From assembly GCA_043228905.1 (NCBI GenBank), contig JBHGNT010000111.1:1-64000 (forward strand): DNA of 64,000 nucleotides, written 5' to 3'. The notes beneath the pieces were generated by a model that saw nothing but the letters and a program-made list of their open reading frames with translations, did not search any database and was not told the DNA's origin. A program made the position numbers and the translations under genes. Every line of letters starts with the position of its first letter. Positions within the stretch are counted from its first letter, which is position 1. The stretch comes from Azolla caroliniana. Taxonomy: Eukaryota > Plantae > Polypodiophyta. Shown here one piece after another: positions 1 through 11,880 of the stretch.

Positions 1-1044
1 AGGCGGGCAAACGAGCATACTATGCATTTGAGAACACATGCAATCTTGGAGATATTAAGTGTTGGGTCCTCAAGAAATATCTTTTTGACACTTTGGTGAC
101 ACCAGTTCTTCTCTATGGGGTGGAAGTATGGGGCAGTAGCATCCCTAAGTCTATGTGGAAAGAGTTTGAAAATGTCCAAAAGCATTTTCTTACCAAGTTT
201 CTACAAGTTAAGAAACAAACACCCTACACCCTCCTCCTCCTTGAGACGGGATCGCTTCCCATTGAGATCATGGCCATGGAAAGGGTTGTTGAATACATGC
301 TTAAGGTTCAAAAAAGTCCCTCACATCGACTTCCTAGAATTGCGTGGGAAGCAAGCAAAAAGATCCAAAAGACGCATAAAAGCAAAATTTTGTGTTCCGG
401 TTGGATGCAAGATATAGAAAAATGGTTTGGTAGATGGGATGCGAGACACTTGCTTCATGATGCATCATTAGATTCCTCTGTAAATGAGGCATTTTTGCAA
501 CGCCAATGTATCATGACATGGGACAAATGTGGAGGCTCACGCTTCACACATTATACTACACATGTTGCACCTAACTACAAAACCATATTCTTTGCGGAAC
601 GGGGAAATCGTACACATCCATACATGTTAGAGCCCATACCGTTATCTGCCATTCGAACCATTGCTTCCATGCGACTTAGCTCACATGCATTGCGATGTGA
701 AACAGGGCGTTGGGGTACAAGTGATGAGAGTGGTCGGTTATGCACACTTTGCCCTAAACAAGTTCGCGAGTCTGAGTATCACACTTTGATACAATGCTCT
801 GCCTTTGATCATATTCGACCATGCTTTCCACATCTCTTCGATCGAGCCCAATCTTTGCATGAATTCCTCTCACAACCACAATGTGCACTCTCGATTGCAA
901 CATTCATTGGTAAAGTTCTTGAACATCGAGAGTCACTACTCACTTTCACACGTATCACGTGAAATGTAATATTTTTGGTCTCATAGGTCATATTTGATCT
1001 CCGAAGACGATAATATAATCTATCTATCTATCTATCTATCTATC
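1..1044 (+). mobile_element. 3' end of a non-LTR retrotransposon (LINE; RTE-X/CR1-L2-like), cut off by the window start
   Basis: ORF2 C-terminal region (PVLLYGVEVWG; RLSSHALRCETGRW...RLCTLC...ESEYHTLIQC, a CCHC finger), then a short 3' UTR and a (TATC)n tail at about 1017-1044. Clade is not determined. Confidence 0.85.
3..962 (+). CDS. LINE ORF2 C-terminus (post-RT region plus CCHC zinc finger), partial
   Basis: Frame is open from the window start (AGKRAYYAF...LFDTLVTPVLLYGVEVWG) to TGA at 962, with no internal stops. Confidence 0.85.
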   Translation, partial: AGKRAYYAFENTCNLGDIKCWVLKKYLFDTLVTPVLLYGVEVWGSSIPKSMWKEFENVQKHFLTKFLQVKKQTPYTLLLLETGSLPIEIMAMERVVEYMLKVQKSPSHRLPRIAWEASKKIQKTHKSKILCSGWMQDIEKWFGRWDARHLLHDASLDSSVNEAFLQRQCIMTWDKCGGSRFTHYTTHVAPNYKTIFFAERGNRTHPYMLEPIPLSAIRTIASMRLSSHALRCETGRWGTSDESGRLCTLCPKQVRESEYHTLIQCSAFDHIRPCFPHLFDRAQSLHEFLSQPQCALSIATFIGKVLEHRESLLTFTRIT

Positions 1045-1057
1045 TCTCTCTCTCTCT
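1017..1057 (+). repeat. (TATC)n LINE tail running into a (TC)n tract
   Basis: aatctatctatctatctatctatctatctctctctctctc read directly from the sequence. Confidence 0.9.
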
Positions 1058-1274
1058 TTATACAACAATTATGCACATACAACAATATGTCAACACACAC
1101 TTCTGTGATTGCCCTAGTTCGTATTTATACTCATATGAACTTAGGGCTATTTACAAATATAGGCTCAATAGGCTTACTCAAAACATATTTAACAAATATG
1201 TCTTCTCTTCCGGTTCTCATCGGGTCCTCTTCATTCCTAACCGGATCCCATCCTGAGGGAACGACTTCCCAACA
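1045..1274 (-). repeat. Copia 3' LTR (partial, interrupted by the LINE)
   Basis: Starts TG immediately after the PPT (1275-1286) on the minus strand; TATAAATA box at 1122-1129 (minus). Confidence 0.75.
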
Positions 1275-1284
1275 ATCTCCCCCT

Positions 1285-2942
1285 TCACTCCGGCATGGGA
1301 TATCTCGTCAACACGATCCACTTTCGGCACGCGTCCAACTTGTTGGTTGTCAACACCTTGGTCAGCATGTCCGACCCGTTCTCCGTGTGGATCTTCGTAA
1401 GCACGAACTCTTGATCTTCTACTCTCTGCTGGATCTAGTGGTACCTCCGCTGGATATGTTTCGTCCGGGAATGGTAGGTTGCGTTCCTCGCAAGGTGGAT
1501 GGCATTTTGATTGTCACAATAGAGCCTGTATTCCTCCTATTGGATCCCTAACTCTCTGATGAAGTCCTTCATCCAGATTATCTCCCTGCCGGCTTCCATA
1601 GCTGCCATGTACTTTGCCTCCGTGGTTGACAACGCAACCGTCTCTTGCAGCCTCGACTGCCACGAAACATCTCCCCCTGCATAAGCCATGACATATCCAG
1701 ATGTAGACTGGCTGGTATTTGCATTAGCCGATATATCCGAATTGGTGAAGACTTCCAAGAGGGGTTTACCAGAGCTGAATCGGAGGCACATACTCGAGGT
1801 GCCTTTCAAATACCAGAGTATCCACTTGACCGCGTTCCAGTGCTCTTTTCCCGGATTGCTCATGAACCGGCTGACTACTTCGACCACATATCCAATATCC
1901 GGCTGGGTACATACCATCGTGTACATCAAGCTTCCGACAACAGAGGAATATGGTATCTTCATCATATCCGTCTTCTCCGCCTTTGTCCTCGGGCTTTGTT
2001 TTCCGGATAGCTTGCAGTTTGCCGGAAGTGTCAATCCGACCGGTTTCACTTCCGACATGTTGAACCGTTGAAGCACCTTTGTCACGTACTTCTCTTGACT
2101 CCGGTCCGGTGTTAGGTGGAACGACGCTCCGGAATCGACAACCCACATTGTCTCGTCGCCGACAAGGTTCAACTCATTCTCCTTGGTAACGAGCATCAGT
2201 TCTTCTTCACTTGTCGTGATCGCCGACGTTCCTTTCCGATCCGGGCCTCTCCGGTCCGAACTCCTCTTCGAATAGGTAGTACCGGTTTCTTTCTCTTTTT
2301 GGAAATGCCAATAGTTCTTCTGGAAGTGTCCCGACTTCCCACAGTAGAACCAAGTAGGCCTCCCCCTTGACTTAGATCTTATCCCCGATTTGTCTCGGTT
2401 TTGGGGACTCCGATATTGGCCTCTTCCCCGGTTGTGGTCATCTTCCGTGACCAAGGCCTTCGGATCGGTTCCGAACTCCCGGTCCTTCCGACAAGCTTCT
2501 TCATCTAGCAAGCTCGACTTTACTCTTGCCAAGGACAACTGCTTTCCTTCCGGCCCGACATTGCCGAATGTGACAACTAGCGTCTCCCAACTATCCAGGA
2601 GGGAACCAAGCAGGAGTAATGCGAGTACCTCATCGGTGAGAGGTACTTCCAAAGAGGTTGCCTGGTTTATCAGTCCTTGGAAGGCATTCATGTGCTCCGC
2701 CATACTAGAGCCTCACTAGATTCTGGAATATCGAAATCCGATTAACAACATTCTTGTTCTAGAACATGATGCCGATCTTCTCCCAGAGTTCATGAGCCTT
2801 ACTTTCTTCATTGAAGTTGTTGTACATGGTCATGTCGATGAAGCACCGGATGTACGCCGTCGTCCTCATGTGCATCACCTCCCATGTCGTGGCATCGATC
2901 TCATCCGGTTTCTTGTCCCCGAACTGTACCGGCAACCAGAGA
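1285..2942 (-). pseudogene. Copia gag-pol remnant lacking integrase and most of RT
   Basis: ORF 1537..2703 joins protease (DSGASFHLTPDR) directly to the RT tail (SQEKYVTKVLQRFNM) at about 2100. There are in-frame stops in RNase H and disruptions in gag at about 2710-2760. Confidence 0.85.
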
Positions 2943-3396
2943 TGTTACGGGCATGACCATTTAATATCCCGTGGTGAGAATTTACCGTAGTATTCTATAC
3001 ATGTGGATAAGTGTGAGGGTTAAATGAGAGTGTAAAAAGGGGTGGATTACTTTTAATCCTCGGGATTGAGACAACCCCTTAGGTCAAGTGTGAACGTGCC
3101 TGGGGGCCTTGGGTATCGCTATAAATAAGAGGCTTAGCTACCCTCATTTGAGGATCTTTTGTCTACATTGAGACTCTGCTCTTGTGGTTGGTCAACTCTT
3201 GTAGCGAGCGCGCCAACACCAGGTACGACTCGACGCCACGACGGTGGTATGGGACGCCGATCGAGGCTCGAGTCCGTCTTGATCCCTTCGCTCGGGGGTG
3301 GTCGGGTGGGTCGGCACCCTTCTTTCTCTTTCTCCTTTCTATCTATCATTACTTTATCCTTATCTTAAGCTTACTTTAGTACCTAGATCTATAATA
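2943..3396 (+). repeat. Gypsy 5' LTR (about 454 bp)
   Basis: Begins TGTTA and ends TAATA (likely a mutated TAACA) 2 nt before the PBS; TATAAATA at about 3120. Confidence 0.8.
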
Positions 3397-3398
3397 TT

Positions 3399-3408
3399 TG
3401 GTATCAGA
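3399..3408 (+). promoter_or_regulatory. Primer binding site (tRNA-iMet)
   Basis: TGGTATCAGA, complementary to the 3' end of initiator Met tRNA, directly after the LTR. Confidence 0.85.
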
Positions 3409-3655
3409 TTTATGTACTAATGTTTCTTTGTTTTTCATTTGTCGTTTGATTGATGGTGATCGATCGATGTGCGGTCGGCCTTCATCCAGACAACGATCAA
3501 CAAAGAACTTCGGTAACTCTTTCCATAATTTTTCTTTCTATTGTCTCTTCTCCCATCTAATCATGTGTTTAGTTTATATGTCATTTTTTTTTCATTAAGT
3601 CAATGATGTTGTAGTGGTCTTTAATTGATTATCTAAAACGTTTACATATGTGCAT

Positions 3656-3898
3656 GAGGTCAATACCTCGTTGGACATATTAATAATATGTGATGAGTGT
3701 CGTATGCGTACGAGGTTAATACCTCAATTACGTATTACGTTCACGAACATATGTTACGTTTGCGTATAAGTTTAATACCTTGATTTGCTGTAAACGATAT
3801 GCGGTTGGTTTCGTATGCGTAAGAGGTCAATACCTCAATTGCGTATTACGATGATCTCTTATTTGAGGATGTTTCGTGTGCGTAGAGGTATATACCTC
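3656..3898. repeat. Five degenerate ~56-bp units, each with a GAGGT-N4-ACCTC palindrome, in the gypsy leader
   Basis: Palindromes start at 3656, 3712, 3768 (degenerate), 3823 and 3885. Confidence 0.7.
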
Positions 3899-5054
3899 GA
3901 TTACGTATCTCGATCACATCATTTGTGGCTATTTAATATAACGATATGTTTAATATAGGCATATGTGGTCACATATATACGTATTTGATCGTATATATGT
4001 GATAAGTAAACATATGTGTATATTCGTTATTACGTGATTATATCGAAAGTTGTCCTTGTCGGGAAAAGGATGTTGGTGGCGTTGTCACCATCCCTTTTTC
4101 AACAATTTTTTATTGTTGACAACCTCGTTGATGACCTCGATTTCGTTACGTAAAGAAACGCCTATAGCCATAATGATGTTGAGTACGTAGGGCTTGACCC
4201 ATTTCAAGTGAGGTCGCTCCAATGACACACGTATCCAACATCCCTCCCTCGTTACATGGATACGATGCCACAATGAGCTCGTTCTTACGAGAGGCATTCG
4301 TAATGACGTGACCATGTGATGGGCCACGTGAGCCTACTACGAAACGAGGGCTCATTTGGCTTGACCATTAGGTTGCACTTTGGCGTATGTCATCGTAATT
4401 ACGAGACTTGAGGTTAGGTAACGTACCAACATAGTTTTGGTAAATGAGGGCGAAATAAGGACCCTTGACATATATGTTCTTTTAGAAAAAACATATATGA
4501 TCTCGCATATCTCTTATACGCATCAAACATTAAGCATTCGAGAAGAGCAACTTACTTGGTTGGCTCAAGTGTTTAATGTATTTGTTCTCGAGGTGTCGAG
4601 TTCAAATATGACCAAGACCATACAACATCCTTGATACATATGACTATAACACATGTTTAGACTTAAGGTCTAAGTGCACCTCAGGGTCCTCGTAATAGGA
4701 CTTAAAGAGCCGAAACCACATATGTGGGCACCGAAACATAGTTTATTGTTAACATTTTTTTCGTGTATAAACTATTCATGACACAAACATACATGGTTGA
4801 GCCTCGGGGAGCCACCATGAAAAAATCGATATAGAGATAAGGGAAAGACATTTATTTGTCACCCCCATGGTTTTAAAAACACCTTTGTGTTACCATAGTA
4901 ACCTGATCTTGAACCTCATCTCATACGTCTAGAGGGGTATTGACGTGAGATCATGATATCGATTAATGTTTGCCCATGATATGTTTACATCACGACATGA
5001 TGTTATGACAATCTCTCTGACCTTATCCTATTTCTTTTCCAGAAATAATCTTAA

Positions 5055-7703
5055 ATGGCTCAAATTAACGACCCGATGTCATCCGCTCAAGCGGAAGGAA
5101 CTCAAGGAAATCCTCCTGGACAAATGTCCACTGAGATGTATTTGGCACAAATAACCCAATACCTTAGTTTCACCGCTCAACAGATGACCGAACTTCGGCA
5201 ATCTCAGAGTGCTCTTGAGGCACGTGTCATTAGTCTACAACGTGAGACTAATAGACGTGATGAGTGACAAGGTGAACCATCATTTGTCGTTAAGCCATTT
5301 ACGGGAGACAAAAAGGAAAGAACCGAAGAAGCAATCTGCACATGGCTGGGAGGATGGGAGTCTCATTTTGAGCTTTATCCCACGGCAGATAGTACAAAGA
5401 TTGCATATGTCGGCCGAGAACTCGGGGGTAAGGCCGCCGCCTGGTGGTGTGGGCTCCGTACTATGGGGAAATTGCCCGATACCTGGACAGATTTTGTCAC
5501 GGTTTTTAAGGGCCAATTTCTGCAACCTCCCTCTCGAACCGAGGCAGCACAAGCTTTAATGAACCTCTCTAGCAAGAAATTTTTCTCGCTAGAAGACTAT
5601 GTTCACCATGCTAGAACCCAAATCCAAAAATCGGGTCTAGAAGGGGACAATTGGTTGATAGCTTGTTTTGTCAATGGCATCCCCAATTCGGACTATCACT
5701 GGATAGTGCACGATAAGGATCCAAAATCCTTCGAAGAGGCCGTTGAAATAGTTCTTCGCTATCAACGCACTTCGAAGAAGGACCACAACAAACCCAACGA
5801 AGCGCCCGGGACTAAGCAGTCGCAATTTGTTGGGAAACGCAAGACACCCAACGAATTCCTGGATTGCGATTGTAAGCGACAACATCCTTTTTGCGTATTC
5901 TGCAAAAAGAAGGGTCATACAAAAGATCAATGACGAAAGCTCCAACGGAAAGAGCACGACAACAAAGCTAAAGCTGCAGACCATAAAGGTCAGATTCCTA
6001 ATGTCCTTTAGGTCTATACACATCATTTAAGTAATTGTCAATGTTCTTTCCCTCACTATGTATTGGGTCCCAATGATTTACTACGTGCAAACGGGTATAT
6101 CAATGGATCTCCCGTACAATTTTTATTTGATTCAGGAAGCTCACACAATTTTGTGAATGATCGTTTGGTTAAGATATGGGGAATCCAACCCACCGTAAGT
6201 GATCACACCTACACGGTGCACTTGGCTGATGGAAGAGTACAATACATCAACGAGGCGATTCATTAATTTGGAATTTCTATTGATGCTTATATAGAGGAAG
6301 TAGACTTCCATGTAATGAATCTTTGTACCACCGATGTAATATTGGGTTATCCCTGGTTTTATAATAAAAACTCTTCTTTATTTATTGATTGGGTTCGCCA
6401 TTCCATTTCTTTTGTACTGAACGATTGTACGCATTTTATTCAATGTGTAAAAAAACAATCCCTCTCGATTGTTTCCTCGTGTCCATCAATATCCGAGTTG
6501 TCTTGTTCTACGTTATTTTATTGTGTACTTGATCCGGACATTCACGTTTACAATATCGATAATGTCCCGGTTCAATTAACATATTTTGAACAACAACAAC
6601 TTGATGAAATCTTAAATGATTTTCATGATGTTTTTCCAAGTGAACTACCTGATGGGTTACCTCCTAAACGAACTATAGACCATCGTATAGATATTGTACC
6701 TGGTGTTGCACCAATAAGTATACCTCCGTATCGCTTAAGTCGATCCGAAGAAGATGAGGTATCTAAGCAACTCAAGGACTATTTACGAATGGGTTATATA
6801 CGTTATAGTAAATCTCCATGGGGTGCACCAGTTCTCTTGGTTAAAAAGAAAGAGGGCACATGGCGTATGTGTATTAATTACCGACGCTTGAATAAAGTGA
6901 CGATCAAGAATTCGTATCCATTGCTCCGGGCTGACGATCTAATTGACCGTCTCCAGGGGGCTCGGTATTTTACGAAACTTGATCTCCGTACTGGCTACCA
7001 TCAAATACGAATAAGTGAGGACGATGTTCCTAAAACGGCATTTCGTACGCACTATGGCCATTACGAGTTTTTGGTTATGCCTTTTGGTTTGACCAATGCT
7101 CCGGCTACTTTTCAACAAGAAATGAATGACATTTTCCGAGAACAACTTGGAAAATTTGTCGTTATTTTCTTGGATGATATTTTAGTTTATAGCCGTACAT
7201 TACAAGAACATGCTAGACATGTCTGCTTTGTTTTACAAACATTGCGTGACAAACAGTTTTATGCAAAGATCTCAAAATGTGAGTTCTTCAAGAAATCAAT
7301 TACTTATCTAGGACATCTCATAACCGAACGAAGAGTTGAAATTGATCCTTCTCGCATTGAGAAAATCAAGCTTTGGCCTACTCTTCTGAATATTCGAGAA
7401 GTTCGATCATTCCTTGGTTTTGTCGGGTTTTTGCGAAAGTCTCTTCGTAATTACTCCCAATTGACGACGCCGTTTACTGATATTTTAAAAGGTCAAACGC
7501 GTAAGTCTACAAACCCTATTGTGTGGAATGGTACACTAGACCTCGCCTTTAAGGAACTCAAGGACTTGGTTTGCAAGGCTCCTTCACTTCTTTTACCTGA
7601 TCCTTCAAAACCTTTTGAGGTTGAAACCGATCCAAGTGATTATGCTATAGGTGCTATCTTGTATCAAGATGGTAAACCAATAGCATTCGAGAGTAAGAAA
7701 CTT
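5055..7703 (+). pseudogene. Gypsy gag-pol (gag, zinc knuckle, aspartic protease, RT, start of RNase H) in one frame with nonsense codons
   Basis: ORFs at 5055, 5463, 6063 and 6315 share one frame, separated by TGA/TGA/TAG/TAA. Motifs: [55 protein letters not shown]. Confidence 0.92.
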
Positions 7704-7739
7704 AACACGTTCGCGTTCACAAGTGGAAGGATTGCGCAT
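7704..7739 (+). repeat. Left terminal inverted repeat
   Basis: Reverse complement of 17051-17086 with one mismatch. Confidence 0.95.
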
Positions 7740-8079
7740 TCCACTTGTAGAATCTTCTTAAAACGAAGAAAATACACCCTCTCTACAATAATTGGATGCA
7801 CTAGTATCACATGTTCCTCAACTTGATAAGAATTTGCAAATATAAAAATACATGATAGATCTACGAGTGGAGATCATTAGAAATCATGCAAGTTTAGACA
7901 TGTTGATAAGTTAATGTAGGCATAATAAAGTTCAACTATGGCTCAATATGGCACTATTGTGCGACAAGGGAAACACTAACTTAAAGACTTATATTAATTA
8001 GGTAGGTTTTACAAAAATATGAGGTGTACTTGTATCTATACTAATAAAATGAGATATAATTTATACTTTGACCCATACG

Positions 8080-8359
8080 TGCATGTATGTAATTGTGGAA
8101 AATGTAGGATAGTGCACATTAGGATAAGTGATTGGAATAACTAACTTATTAAAGTATTCAATACTTATATTAAAAGTTGATCTAATCTATTCCTCAGTTT
8201 GTTCATATGGGATCAAACTATATGTGTATATAATTGTGCACAATGTAAGGCAGTGAACTTTAGGATAATGTCGTGGAAATAACAAACCTATTAGGCTTTC
8301 ATACCTGTATTTAAAATTGATCTACTCTATTGCTTAGGTGATTCACACAAGATCAAACT
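8080..8359. repeat. Two diverged ~140-bp tandem copies in the left arm of the DNA transposon
   Basis: Shared anchors taattgtg, aatgta, ttaggataa, ttgatcta(a/c)tctatt and gatcaaact recur at about 140-bp offset. Confidence 0.6.
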
Positions 8360-8985
8360 CCGAACGATAACGCAACTGGAACCATTATCAACACACTACA
8401 CAATCTAAGCAGCAATGGAATAGAAACATAATAGTTTTAACAATATAAGACAAAGATCCATAATAACAACATGGACAGTCATGGCAACAATTATAGGGCC
8501 ATGTTCTGTTAAGGTTAGCTTGGACCAAAATCAGCCTCCATTTAAGCTAGTTCATGTTTCTCCATAAGTTTGGTAGTCAGCTATGCACGCGGTGAAACCA
8601 ATATCATAAATCTACTAATCAAGTATATAAAAATAAAATTGAAACATATAGATGATTATAAAGAATAGAATCCACTAGGTAAAACCCAAAATTTGTATTA
8701 ATAATGTGAAATCTTAACAAATCGTCAGTGTCATATACTTTATAGAGTCTATTACATAGCAATCAATTCATCAACGTCATTTTCTTCATCATCTTGTGTA
8801 GAACTGTCTTCGGCTATACGTGCATTGGTTTCCCCTGTTAGCCGAGCCAACGAAATATCTTCTATAAGCTCATCATCAAGCTCTATTAGCTCCCCCGGTT
8901 CGCCGGCTAACGGAGGAATAGGCTCTCGCGAAGCAGGTTGAAACCTTTCTGTATTAGCGAGGTTCTTTGCACCGACCTCCTCATC

Positions 8986-11880
8986 CTAGTCTGGGCACTC
9001 CCACAAAGCCTTAATCCGCATATTAATAAATATAACTTGGTCCTCGTCCTTCTCCAATGCAACTGTATTTCTAAACAGCTTCAATGCACATGCTGACGTA
9101 GTTCCTATGATGTAAGTAACAAGAAGATTTAGTTGTCAAACGAAAAAAAAGTGATTGGTTATCTCAAGATCGTTACCCTAGTTCGAGGAATACCTGTGCC
9201 AGAAAAGAGATCTAATATCCAGTCTCCTTCGACAGAAAACATCTCGATCAAGCGCATCATAAGTCGTTGAGGTTTTTGGTATGGGTTGACAAGTCCCCGT
9301 TCTGTCGTGGTGACATGTCGCAATTTCCGAGTCACTGCTGGATATACCAACAGATTTGAACCTCCCACTTCATTAGAATGCTCTTTGATTCTCTGTTTTT
9401 TAATTTCATCGAAGTAGCCAACCGTTATGTATTCAATGGCATTAACGAACCGAAAAGTTGGCCCTCTATTTACATTGGTCTTGATCCTATAAAAAATAAT
9501 TCATCGAGTTAAGAATAGATTCAACAACCTTAAGAATTGCAATATAATGAAAGACACCTATAAATAATCCTTACCATGCAAGGTTCTCGATGCCATGGCA
9601 ACGAGATCTCAAAGCTTGAGCTACCGAGTACCCTTGGTCCATACTATGAAAGACAACTATTCGCCACAAGGATGCGGTCGTTAGCTCAGCGAAATCCTTG
9701 ACCATCTTCTCCAATTGTTTAAACCTAAACGGTTCATCGTCGTATGATGACCCAGCCATTCGAAATCCGTAAGGAATATCCGCAATCATTAGCGTATATT
9801 CCTTCTTTGGCACCTTCTGGATCAAGTCGATGACATCACCGCAAACCACATTGTAGTAAAGATCTCTCGTAATATCTTTTTTGTGGCTAAATTTTTTAAA
9901 CGAGCCATCTTCCTCCATTTCGTACGCCTTGACTAAGCGACGATCCTTTTCTTTTCTGGCTCGCTCGAGATGTGCAAGGAAGGATGTAGGGAAATCGTGT
10001 ATATCCTTAACTTCTCCTTGTTTCTTGCCTCGACACGGTTTCTAATAGAAGCAATAGGACATCAGGTATTATTATACAAGCTCTACATATGATGAAAGGG
10101 TAATGAAAAAACATGAATACTAACCCAATCCTTGAATGCAATAAAATACTCTGATAACGCCTTATACGAAGACGTTAGAGGATAATCCTCGGTCACTTGT
10201 TCCCAAGTTATACATCCAAGTTGTTTCATCATAACTTCTTGGATCTTCATGTACACCTTATGACTGTAAAATTAGAAATCAAGATTAGAACTTTGAATTA
10301 CACCAGATAGACTACAATTTCAGTATTTGAAAGACTTACTTATTGAACTCAGTGACCATTTCTTCAAGGCTTAAATCTTTCGCCACAACCCTTGACAAAA
10401 CCGACACAAGAAGTTGCTCGTCCTTAATACCTTGCATCGCTCTCCATAGAGACAGCTTCATGTCGTCTGCCGCTTCTTCAATTGTCAAGTCAATTTTCTT
10501 GGCGGCTTGTGACTTTAATTCTAGTTGAGGGTCAACCCTACATTTCTTTTGTCGTTGACCCTTTACCTCCTTATTCTCCCACATTGAGAAGATTTGATCT
10601 TGGAGGTCCCATACTTCTCCATCTCTAAACGCCAATTGAAACCAAGACTCATACTTTCGAAGACCATCGGACCTAACATTATCATCTACCACAATGCCGA
10701 CTTCATGCAGACATTGACGTCGAAGGCCTGGATGTAACTTCACACCAAACTTTTGTTTCACATCTAAATACTCGTGGTGGAAGAACCGTATACGCTCAAT
10801 AGACGACATTTTCTGCCTATAGTCATTATCATTATTATGGTCCCATGCCAACAGCTTAGCCTCTTCGGTTGTGAGCCCAACATAAATTTTGCACTCGGCA
10901 TACTTGAAGAAGAAAGTGGTTGGATGTTCTCTCACAAGTTGCCGACGTGCCTCTGCTGAATGCGATCCACCAATGACAAAATAATTATATTGATCATGCT
11001 TTCTGATATCAAAATCTTCAATGGTTTCACATTCTTCAGGATCCACCATAACAATAAAAGGCACCACAGTGGCATGAGGATTAATTTTCATTTTTTTCTT
11101 GAGATTTTGAACATGCATGCGATGAGGCTCTCTAATCTCAAGTGGTCTTCGACCTGTTTTTTCATCAATAGGGGGCCGATGGATGTGTGTTATAGGAAAA
11201 TTAAATACTTGCCCTTTCCTGGCCAGCTTCCGTTGCATTAACTCTCTCCTTATTTTATTCTGCTCGGATGACAAGACACCCGAGGCCAGCTCGGCTCCTG
11301 GCGTCCCCTTATTATCCTCTTCTTCATTTTCACTTGCTGAATCCGTATCCGACATTTTCGTTGCCTTCTTCTTGGCTAGTCTTGACTGGACTTTGGATAC
11401 CTTTTTTGTGGCCTTCAAGGGGGAGGGCTCTTCATCTCTTAGAGTTACATGGCCTTGTATATAAGGCCTCAAGGTAACAATCAGGTTTTGTGAGTTATCA
11501 AGTGCTTTTTTGAACACTTCAGGCCCACAAGATTCCTTTACTAAAAGGTCTTCTGAAAGGAACACTTTACGTACCCCCTTGGAGCACTCTATCATTACCA
11601 GTATGTTGGCCGAATCTGCATCTTCGTAGTCAAATCGTAGAATACGGCCATACATAAATGGGGTTTCTTTTCCAAGCTGCCCCTCACCCTTCTTCTTTGC
11701 TGTATACAATACGACTTTTTTCTTTGAGTCGACATATTGCATACACCATTCCTTGTCCGTTAGATCTCGGTCAGGAAGGTCTTCGCCTCCAGTAGCGGCG
11801 ACAAGTTTCTTTTGGCTAACATCACTATGTGGCTGAGATTTTGTCTCTTCGTTAAAGAGAAGCTTTTTTCCTCTCTTCAT
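8986..11880 (-). CDS. Spliced gene: ParB/Srx-like domain fused to a beta-class DNA N6-adenine/N4-cytosine methyltransferase (about 852 aa; about 930 aa if TAG at 8986-8988 is a nonsense mutation)
   Basis: Coding exons 11880-10340, 10263-10125, 10041-9575, 9486-9194 and 9104-8986, joined by GT-AG introns of 76, 83, 88 and 89 nt; all phases are compatible. ParB-like motifs: PFIVMV...YFVIGGSHSAEARR...EEAKLLAWDHN. MTase motifs: CGDVIDLI, MIADIPYG (motif IV), AWIK...EYI, PYQKPQRLMMRLIEMFSVEGDWILDLFSGTGTT (X-I), RNTVALEKD (II). Confidence 0.85.

Larger units (their letters stand above)
1045..2942 (-). mobile_element. Ty1/copia LTR retrotransposon, internally deleted and interrupted at both visible ends
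   Basis: Minus strand shows gag, a degenerate zinc knuckle (YCGKSGHFQKN), protease (WVVDSGASFH), RT C-terminus/RNase H (SWQSRLQETVALSTTEAKY; YCDNQNAIHLARN), then PPT GAAGGGGGAGAT and an LTR starting TGTTGGG at 1274. Confidence 0.9.

Noticed and set aside
994-2719. Plus-strand ORFs over the copia element
   Set aside because: They are antisense shadows of copia gag-pol with no recognisable motifs.
7704-7826. C-terminal extension of the 503-aa RT ORF
   Set aside because: It is read-through into the transposon TIR; the true continuation is at 17091.
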